A DNA stretch of 32,077 nucleotides. Origin: Anaerolineales bacterium. GTDB lineage: Bacteria; Chloroflexota; Anaerolineae; Anaerolineales; UBA6663. Positions 1 to 6,247 of this stretch are shown here, piece by piece. The stretch spans positions 1 to 32,077 of the forward strand of contig JBQTJD010000625.1 in the NCBI GenBank assembly GCA_052387475.1. Reading direction: 5' to 3'. How positions within the stretch are numbered: position 1 is the first letter of the stretch; the number at the start of each line of letters is the position of its first letter. Both the position numbers and the translations under genes were made by a program. The notes below the pieces were generated by a model. It was not told where the DNA came from. It worked only from the letters and a program-made list of their open reading frames with translations, and did no database searches.

Positions 1-2
1 GC

Positions 3-335
3 GGCTATCACTTTCGGCGGCAACAAGTGATCGAGGGTTTCATCGCCGATTTTTACTGCTATGCCGCCGGGCTGGTCGTGGAAATAGACGGCAAAATTCA
101 CCAGACCCAAACCCACTATGACGACGCGCGCGACCAAGTGCTTATTGCGTGTGGCCTGCGTGTAATACGCATTCCCAACGCCCTCGTGCGTCAAAACCTG
201 CAGGCCGTATTAACCCTCATCCTCAGCGCTTGCCAAGAGCCTGACTCCCCTTCCCTGTCTGGAATTGGACTGGGCGATATACAAGAAGCCAACTCCCCTT
301 CCCTTTCAGGGAAGGGGCCGGGGGTTAGGTCATGA
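3..335 (+). CDS. DUF559 / Vsr-like endonuclease domain protein (5' partial)
   Basis: The frame is open from the window start: GYHFRRQQVIEGFIADFYC...LVVEIDGKIH...DDARDQVLIACGLRVIRI is the DUF559 signature. The C-terminal tail is derived from repeats (SPSLSGxGxG twice). Confidence 0.85.
   Translation, partial: GYHFRRQQVIEGFIADFYCYAAGLVVEIDGKIHQTQTHYDDARDQVLIACGLRVIRIPNALVRQNLQAVLTLILSACQEPDSPSLSGIGLGDIQEANSPSLSGKGPGVRS
244..329. repeat. Two copies of a short palindromic REP-like element (degenerate copy from 244; intact copy 293-329)
   Basis: actccccttccct occurs at 244 and 292. The second copy forms a perfect hairpin, ccccttccct(295-304)-ttc-agggaagggg(308-317), followed by ccgggggttagg. Confidence 0.65.
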
Positions 336-814
336 AGCCCGGCAGTAAATACGAGCCGCTTTACCAGCATTTGCGGCGCAGCGGCAAAGACCAACTCACC
401 CTCACCTTTGCCGAGATTGAGCGACTCGTTAGCGGCAGTCTGCCAGACTCGGCCTCTGAGCGCGGCTGGTGGAGCAATCGCGCCAACGCCCTCCAAGCCA
501 GCGCCTGGATGGAGGCAGGCTATCACGTTGAAGAACTGGATATGACCAAGAAGCGCGTCACGTTTCGGAAACCCAAAACGACTTACTCCGTTCAACGCGA
601 CGACAGTGGCCTCGTACTCTGGGACACTGAACTCATCAAAGGTTTGCGCCAGCACATGGGCCTGACCCAAGCGCAATTTGCCGAAGTGCTCGGCGTGCGT
701 CAGCAGACCGTGAGCGAGTGGGAAGTGGGGCTGTATGCGCCCACCCGCGCCACTGCCAAACATCTTGCGTTGGTGGCCGAACGAGCCCAGTTCCCGTATC
801 ATGCAGAGACCTGA
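332..814 (+). CDS. DUF7662-like domain fused to an XRE-family helix-turn-helix; putative transcriptional regulator
   Basis: N-terminus SKYEPL..HL...LTFAEIE..V...LP.SA...WWSN...QASAW.EAG. C-terminus IKGLRQHMGLTQAQFAEVLGVRQQTVSEWEVG (HTH_3). ATGA overlap with the DUF559 stop codon. Confidence 0.85.
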   Translation: MKPGSKYEPLYQHLRRSGKDQLTLTFAEIERLVSGSLPDSASERGWWSNRANALQASAWMEAGYHVEELDMTKKRVTFRKPKTTYSVQRDDSGLVLWDTELIKGLRQHMGLTQAQFAEVLGVRQQTVSEWEVGLYAPTRATAKHLALVAERAQFPYHAET

Positions 815-836
815 TCGAACCGCACAAAACTGACTG

Positions 837-864
837 TTGACAAGAAGCCGCTACCGTGTATACT
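837..864 (+). promoter_or_regulatory. sigma70-type promoter
   Basis: TTGACA (837-842), 16-nt spacer, TATACT (859-864), upstream of ATG 898. Confidence 0.7.
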
Positions 865-894
865 GGAAATGACAAATTACACGGTAGCGGCTTC
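844..894. promoter_or_regulatory. Perfect 17-bp inverted repeat with 17-nt spacer (candidate operator or RNA hairpin)
   Basis: gaagccgctaccgtgta (844-860) and tacacggtagcggcttc (878-894) are exact reverse complements. Confidence 0.8.
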
Positions 895-897
895 ACG

Positions 898-1272
898 ATG
901 GATACTCCAAAAGCACTCTTCATTTCTCCCGACGGCAACCTCTATCCTGATTATTTGGTTTGCTCCGGCAAACTGCTCATTGATACGGGCGGCCAGCCTT
1001 GCCCTTTTGCACAGGAGGGGCGTTTGCCTGAGCCGCAACCGCTGGACCCAAATGCTCCAACCTATAGCCTCGACAAAGGCAGACCTGGCGACTTATGCCC
1101 GCCTTGCGCCAAGCAGCAACTCACAAGCCTTGGTCACTGGGATGGGCACCGAGGCCAACACTTCCCCGATGACTTGAAACCGCTCAGGCTGTTCAAATGC
1201 AAACAATGGCTATGGCTCGTAGTCATGGGTTTGTATCAAGACCATCCCTCGCTCATCCAAGAAAATCAGTAA
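898..1272 (+). CDS. Hypothetical Cys/His-rich protein (124 aa), possibly metal-binding
   Basis: ATG 898 is preferred over GTG 856, which lies inside the promoter. Five Cys (LVCSG, PCPF, CPPC, FKCK) and a GHWDGHRGQH stretch. Confidence 0.7.
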   Translation: MDTPKALFISPDGNLYPDYLVCSGKLLIDTGGQPCPFAQEGRLPEPQPLDPNAPTYSLDKGRPGDLCPPCAKQQLTSLGHWDGHRGQHFPDDLKPLRLFKCKQWLWLVVMGLYQDHPSLIQENQ

Positions 1273-1318
1273 TCTTCCTTTTAGGCTGACCAGCGCCCTT
1301 TCGTTGTATCATCAGCGT

Positions 1319-1388
1319 GTGACTCCTCACGCCGCGCTGCGCGAATACTTCGGCTACCCTGCCTTTCGACCCGGGCAGGAGGCTGCGC
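1319..1388 (+). repeat. Duplicated 5' end of recQ (first 23 codons; second copy 2240-2309), opening a 46-codon ORF 1319-1459
   Basis: 64 of 70 nt are identical and both copies encode [23 protein letters not shown]. The ORF ends at TGA 1457-1459, overlapping the antitoxin ATG. TATCAT at 1307-1312 is a possible -10 for a leaderless transcript. Confidence 0.9.
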
Positions 1389-1419
1389 CGAAGGACACCC
1401 TCGCCTTGATCCTCTCGCG

Positions 1420-1425
1420 TATAAT
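1420..1425 (+). promoter_or_regulatory. Candidate -10 box of the TA operon
   Basis: Perfect TATAAT about 30 nt upstream of ATG 1456, with GAGGA at 1442-1446. No clear -35. Confidence 0.45.
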
Positions 1426-1455
1426 CTCAACGCCATCATTTGAGGACGGTGTGCT

Positions 1456-1722
1456 ATGACAGATCTGACCCTTCAACTCCCCGATTGGCTGGCAAAAGAG
1501 CTTTCACAGGCCAACCAGGAATACCTGGCAAAAGTCGTGGAGCGCGGTTTGCGGGCCGTGAAAATCGAAGAAGCCCTGGCCGCTTACGCGCGCGGCGGCA
1601 TAACCTTGGGCGCGGCCGCTCGTTTGGCGGAAGTCGCGGAAAGTGAGCTGGCTCGACACGCCTACGCGAGCGGGCTGGAGCCACGCTTCAGCACTAACAC
1701 GTTGAATGAAGAGCTGGCCTGA
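1456..1722 (+). CDS. UPF0175 family antitoxin
   Basis: 88 aa; EEALAAYARGGITLGAAARLAEV HTH-like motif; stop overlaps the toxin start by 1 nt (TGATG). Confidence 0.85.
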   Translation: MTDLTLQLPDWLAKELSQANQEYLAKVVERGLRAVKIEEALAAYARGGITLGAAARLAEVAESELARHAYASGLEPRFSTNTLNEELA

Positions 1723-2234
1723 TGCCGCAGGTCCTCATCGATTCTGGCCCTCTGATCGCACTCGCTAAACTTAATCGCCTTGAGGTTTTGCACAAACTGT
1801 GGGGGACGGTTCAGATGACGAGCGAGGTGTGGCAAGAAGCTGTCGAGGTCGGTCAGGCCCGTGGGGCGCCGGATGCCCTGACAATTTTCCTCTTCTGGCA
1901 ACAGTATCGGTTCCCAGTCGTCTCCGTTTCTGCGGAAGTTCAAGCGCGCTACCGCCCGGCACTTCAAATAGATCCAGGGGAACATAGCACGCTGGCCATC
2001 GCGCAGACTTTGAGCGATGGGCTCGTGCTGCTCGATGACGAAGACGCCCGCAGCGAAGCACGCCGCCTGGCTATTCCCGTTCGCGGCACCCTGGGCGTGC
2101 TTGTGGAAGGCTATCGCCAGCAGCACCTCACTCTGAACGAGACTGAACTACTCATCAAAGAGATTGCCGCACGACCGGATATTTGGATCAGTTCCGCCCT
2201 TTGCCAGCAAGTATTGAATGTCTTGCGGAAGTAA
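1722..2234 (+). CDS. DUF3368 / PIN-domain (VapC-like) toxin
   Basis: VLIDSGPLIALAK, IDPGE and LLDDEDAR acidic PIN motifs; C-terminal VRGTLGVL...WISSALCQQVL typical of DUF3368. Confidence 0.9.
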   Translation: MPQVLIDSGPLIALAKLNRLEVLHKLWGTVQMTSEVWQEAVEVGQARGAPDALTIFLFWQQYRFPVVSVSAEVQARYRPALQIDPGEHSTLAIAQTLSDGLVLLDDEDARSEARRLAIPVRGTLGVLVEGYRQQHLTLNETELLIKEIAARPDIWISSALCQQVLNVLRK

Positions 2235-2239
2235 ACATC

Positions 2240-4726
2240 GTGACCCCGCACGCCGCGCTGCGCGAATACTTCGGCTACCCCGCCTTCCGACCTGGGCAGG
2301 AGGCCGCGCTGGCGCACGTGCTGGCCGGGCGCGATACGCTCGTCGTCATGCCCACCGGCTCGGGCAAATCCATCATCTACCAACTCGCCGGGCTGCTCAG
2401 CCCCAACGCCACGCTCGTTATCTCGCCGCTTGTGGCGCTGATGAAGGATCAAATCGACTCGCTCGAACGGCGTGGGCTGCCCGCCTCGTACATCAACTCC
2501 ACCTTGCCCGGCCCGGAGCAATCGCGCCGGCTGCGGGCGTTTGCCGAAGGGCACATCAAGATTCTGCTCATCGCGCCGGAGCGGTTGCGCAGCCGCGCGT
2601 TTCGCGGCACGCTGGCTCGCGTGCCGTTGAGCGTGCTGGCGATTGACGAGGCGCACTGCCTCTCGCAGTGGGGCCACGACTTCCGCCCCGACTACTTGCA
2701 AATCGCCGAGGTGCGGCGCGAGTTCAATCCCCAAACAACGCTCGCCCTCACCGCCACGGCCACCCCGCGCGTGCAGGACGACATCGTGCGCATGCTGGGC
2801 CTGGCACGCGCCGAGCGCATCATCACCGGCTTCAATCGCCCCAACCTCACGTTGGAGGTGCTCTCGGCCAGAAACGACAATACCAAACTTCAACTGGTGC
2901 GCGAGTTCTTGAGCGATGCCGAGGGTGCGTCCGCCGAAGGCGGGGGGATCATTTACGTGGGCAGGCGTAAGGATGCAGAAGAAGTCGCAGCGTATGTGGC
3001 GCAGATGGTTGGGCTGGAGGCTCGCGCTTACCACGCCGGGATGGACACCGGTGCGCGCGCGGAGACACAGGATTTGTTTTTGGCCGGCGACCTGCCCATC
3101 ATCGTGGCGACCAATGCCTTCGGCATGGGCATTGACCGGCCCGATGTGCGCTGGGTGCTGCATTACACCATGCCCGGCACGCTCGAAGCGTATTATCAAG
3201 AAGCGGGCCGCGCCGGGCGCGATGGGTTGCCCGCGCGCTGCGTGTTACTTTATTCCCCGCGCGATACATCGCTGCACGAGTTCTTCATCGAAAACGATTC
3301 GCCGAGCGAGGACGAGTTGCGCTCGGTGTACGGCTTTCTGCGGGGCGATGCACCGGCGGCCAACGGGGGCGTCACCGAGACCGGCTTCGCGCTCGAAGAA
3401 CTGCAACGCCTCACACAACTCAACAACACCAAGGTCCGCGTCGCGCTCGAACAACTCGAAGTCGCCAACGCCGTACGCCGCGCGCCCGATCAAGCATACG
3501 GCTATCTTCAATTGCAAGTTGGGCCGTTGGATGAGAAGGCGTTGAAAGCGGTAGCCGCGCAGGTGCAACAACGCCGCCGCCACAAGCGCGCGCAACTGGG
3601 GGTGATGGTCGATTACGCCGAGACCAATATCTGTCGCCGCCGCACCATCCTCGACCACTTCGGCGATACCGGCCCGGCGGATGCGCCGGTGTGCTGTGAC
3701 AACTGTTTGAGCGCGGCTGAGGCCGTGGACGCGGGCCGCGAGTACGCGGGCCGCGACGAAACGCGACCCGCCAAAACTCAACCCGAGCGCGCCGCCCTGA
3801 TCGTGCTCGACACGATTGCACGGCTGAAGTGGGAGATCGGCAAATCCAAACTGGCGCAGGTGCTCAAAGGCTCCACTACCCCGGAGATGGCGAGCTATCG
3901 CGACAACCGCAATTTCGGCAAGTTCGCGGACTTGCCGCTCACTGAGATTGAAACGCTCATCGCGCAACTGCTTGACTCGGGGTACGTGAAGCAAGTGGGC
4001 AGCGACCGCCCCACCCTGCGCCTCAGCCCGCGCGGCGAGAGCGCGTTGAAGACGCGCACCGCGATCAAGGTTGATCTGCGGCCCGTGCGGGCGGGAGCAA
4101 CCCAAAGGGAAAAGGCAAAACGCGACGCCGGTGGGACGGTAGCCCTCACCGGCCAACTGCTGGCGCGCGGTCTCTCGCCCGAACAAATCGCCGCCGAGCG
4201 CGGGGTGACGCTCAGCACCGTGTATTCGCATCTGGCGCAGCTCATCGCCGCTGGGCGCGTGGACATCAACCGCGTCGTGCCAGCCAGTGTGCAGAAACAC
4301 ATCCACGCCGCCATCGAGCGTGTCGGGCCGGTCGGGCAACTCGCGCCGCTCAAAGCGCTAGTCCCGGACAACATTGACTACAACCAGATTCGGTGCGTGG
4401 TGGAGGCGTGGAAGCTAAAACACGGCGCTGCTCGCAGTGCGGCCTTTACACAGGATTATTCAGCGGCGCCGCGCCTCGTCCGCGCGACGGAGGCTGCGAC
4501 GAACACCAATGACTTGTTCGAACGGCTGCGTGTATGGCGAATGGAGAAAGCGCGCTCACTCAATCTGCCGCCGTTCGCCATCTTTTCGGATGAAACGTTG
4601 CGCGGGATCGTGACCCAGCGCCCGCGCGCGCCCGTCGATCTGCTGAACGTGCGCGGCATCGGGCGTGTGAAACTGGAACAGTACGGGGCCGAGGTGCTGG
4701 CGGTTTTGAACGACCGGCGGTCATAG
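2240..4726 (+). CDS. recQ: ATP-dependent DNA helicase RecQ family (helicase, Zn/RQC, HTH_40, HRDC)
   Basis: [68 protein letters not shown]...CCDNC. C-terminal HRDC: LFERLRVWR...[11 protein letters not shown]...[14 protein letters not shown] 2240 taken as start. Confidence 0.95.
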   Translation: MTPHAALREYFGYPAFRPGQEAALAHVLAGRDTLVVMPTGSGKSIIYQLAGLLSPNATLVISPLVALMKDQIDSLERRGLPASYINSTLPGPEQSRRLRAFAEGHIKILLIAPERLRSRAFRGTLARVPLSVLAIDEAHCLSQWGHDFRPDYLQIAEVRREFNPQTTLALTATATPRVQDDIVRMLGLARAERIITGFNRPNLTLEVLSARNDNTKLQLVREFLSDAEGASAEGGGIIYVGRRKDAEEVAAYVAQMVGLEARAYHAGMDTGARAETQDLFLAGDLPIIVATNAFGMGIDRPDVRWVLHYTMPGTLEAYYQEAGRAGRDGLPARCVLLYSPRDTSLHEFFIENDSPSEDELRSVYGFLRGDAPAANGGVTETGFALEELQRLTQLNNTKVRVALEQLEVANAVRRAPDQAYGYLQLQVGPLDEKALKAVAAQVQQRRRHKRAQLGVMVDYAETNICRRRTILDHFGDTGPADAPVCCDNCLSAAEAVDAGREYAGRDETRPAKTQPERAALIVLDTIARLKWEIGKSKLAQVLKGSTTPEMASYRDNRNFGKFADLPLTEIETLIAQLLDSGYVKQVGSDRPTLRLSPRGESALKTRTAIKVDLRPVRAGATQREKAKRDAGGTVALTGQLLARGLSPEQIAAERGVTLSTVYSHLAQLIAAGRVDINRVVPASVQKHIHAAIERVGPVGQLAPLKALVPDNIDYNQIRCVVEAWKLKHGAARSAAFTQDYSAAPRLVRATEAATNTNDLFERLRVWRMEKARSLNLPPFAIFSDETLRGIVTQRPRAPVDLLNVRGIGRVKLEQYGAEVLAVLNDRRS

Positions 4727-4754
4727 CATCGCCAACTTACTCAGATTTGAACGC

Positions 4755-4777
4755 CGAAGCCCCGGATGGGGGCTTCG
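4755..4777. terminator. Hairpin between convergent genes, likely bidirectional terminator
   Basis: cgaagcccc-ggatg-ggggcttcg followed by tcatttt on the plus strand. Confidence 0.65.
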
Positions 4778-6223
4778 TCATTTTCCGGGCGCGTTCGGTG
4801 GCGCCGTTGCCACCCCGTCCGGCGCAAGGGTGCCGGTCGGATTCGCATTCACCGTCGGCGAGGGGGTGTTCGGAGGCTGGAGCGTCTCGGTTGCGGTGGG
4901 AGACGGCGTGCGGCTGGGCGTGGCCGTAGGCCGGGGTGTCCGCGTGTGCGTGACCGTGGGGCGCGGCGTGTCCGTCTCTGTTGGCGACGGCGTGGCGGAA
5001 GGGGTAGCCGTGAGGGACGCGGTTGCTGTAGAGGTTGCCGTTGGACGCGGCGTGCGCGTATGGGTGGTTGTGGGTCGCGGCGTCTCCGTCACCGAGGGCG
5101 TCAGCGTAGGCGACGGAGTAGGCGTGGCCGTCGCGGTGGGGGTTTCGGTCGGCGTGTCGGTCGGCGTCGGTGTGCGTGTCGGAGTGTCAGTCGGCGTATC
5201 GGTCGGCGTTGGCGTGCGCGTTGGTGTGTCTGTCGGCGTCGCGGTTGCGGTCGGTGTCGCGGTGGCCGTGGCCGTCGCGGTCGGTGTGGCAGTATTCGTT
5301 GCCGTGTCGGTCGGCGTTGGTGTACGCGTTGGCGTGTCCGTCGGCGTCGCGGTTGCGGTCGGTGTGAGTGTAGGCAGCCGAGTCGCGGTGGCCGTGGCAG
5401 TTGGCGTCGGGGGGCTGATGATGGGTGTGGGCACGACTTCGAGCATGACGGCGGCCGGCAACTGCGCCAGAACTGTGACGCTTTCTTTGGCGCTGACGGC
5501 GAGAGCGCGCTCGAGGATGGGTTGGGCCGACGCTTCAGCGCCGGCGTCGCGCAACTTTGTCAGAGCCTCAACCCCGGTCGCCATACTTTGCTGAACTTGC
5601 TGCGCCAGTTGGATGCCCAGCCGTAGATCGCGCTGTGTTACAGCGGGAAGTTGCGCAGCGGTGACCTCCGTCTGCGCCTGGAGCGCCTCCAAAGCGTCAG
5701 GGATTTCGGCGTAACGTTCCAGTTCGGCCAGCGCGACGACCTCACGCATGCGGGTTTGAGTGAACTCTGCATGTAACTCAGCGCGGCGTGTCGGGCTGAG
5801 CGTAGTAGCCAATTGCACGCGTTCGGCGGTGGTTTTCACGGTATACATCCCATCGCCGGGCAGCGCGTTGCGGGTGATGCTAACCATCGCATACGTGCTG
5901 CCAGCGCTCACCAGCACGACCAGCATGGCGGCGACCAATGCCAGACGGAAGGGCGTGTGCGCCACGGCGCTACGCCACTGGTCGAGGCGGTTGAGCAGCG
6001 CCGCGCCTCGGGCGCGCGTGAACCTGCCCGTGACGGGGATAGTCTGTGCCCCTCGTACTCGGGCCTGAATGCGGCGCAACAAATTCACCTGTGCCCGGCA
6101 AACTGCGCACGTCTGCACGTGCGTCGCAACGCGTTGCGCGGCCTCAGCCTCGAGTTGGCCCAACGCGTAGGCGATGAGCTGTTCCGGCGCTACCACATGG
6201 TTTAGTTCTGACACGATTGCCAA
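4778..6223 (-). CDS. Anti-sigma-like membrane protein: zf-HC2 (HxxxCxxC), TM helix, DUF5667, Pro/Thr-rich tail
   Basis: LIAYALGQL...[11 protein letters not shown]; hydrophobic [13 protein letters not shown]; [19 protein letters not shown] (DUF5667-like); long TPTATAT tail. Start codon uncertain (TTG 6223 or GTG 6214). Confidence 0.8.
   Translation of the reverse strand: MAIVSELNHVVAPEQLIAYALGQLEAEAAQRVATHVQTCAVCRAQVNLLRRIQARVRGAQTIPVTGRFTRARGAALLNRLDQWRSAVAHTPFRLALVAAMLVVLVSAGSTYAMVSITRNALPGDGMYTVKTTAERVQLATTLSPTRRAELHAEFTQTRMREVVALAELERYAEIPDALEALQAQTEVTAAQLPAVTQRDLRLGIQLAQQVQQSMATGVEALTKLRDAGAEASAQPILERALAVSAKESVTVLAQLPAAVMLEVVPTPIISPPTPTATATATRLPTLTPTATATPTDTPTRTPTPTDTATNTATPTATATATATPTATATPTDTPTRTPTPTDTPTDTPTRTPTPTDTPTETPTATATPTPSPTLTPSVTETPRPTTTHTRTPRPTATSTATASLTATPSATPSPTETDTPRPTVTHTRTPRPTATPSRTPSPTATETLQPPNTPSPTVNANPTGTLAPDGVATAPPNAPGK
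4880..5420 (-). repeat. Coding low-complexity Pro/Thr repeats
   Basis: [11 protein letters not shown] three times and [11 protein letters not shown] twice. Near-identical DNA blocks begin at 5202 and 5310. Confidence 0.85.
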
Positions 6224-6247
6224 TCTTCAATCATCGAACGTCACGCC

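Noticed and set aside
191-802. 203-aa minus-strand ORF
   Set aside because: It is antisense to two genes with clear family motifs and has no motif of its own.
2183-2239. 19-aa N-terminal extension of RecQ in the ORF track
   Set aside because: It overlaps the toxin gene, and the duplicated segment begins exactly at GTG 2240, marking the likely start.
1319-2309. IS or MITE with target-site duplication
   Set aside because: There is no transposase or terminal inverted repeat, and a 70-nt synonymously diverged repeat does not resemble a target-site duplication.
2111-4374. Long minus-strand ORFs (362, 364 and 159 aa)
   Set aside because: They are antisense to recQ, as expected in GC-rich coding DNA.
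4880-5420. Repetitive DNA as a possible CRISPR array
   Set aside because: The repeats are in-frame, vary at synonymous positions, lack unique spacers and have no cas genes nearby.
4766-5626. Long plus-strand ORFs 4766-5626 (Arg/Gly-rich) and 4830-5594 (VGVGV-rich)
   Set aside because: They are antisense shadows of the Pro/Thr repeat tail of the minus-strand gene.
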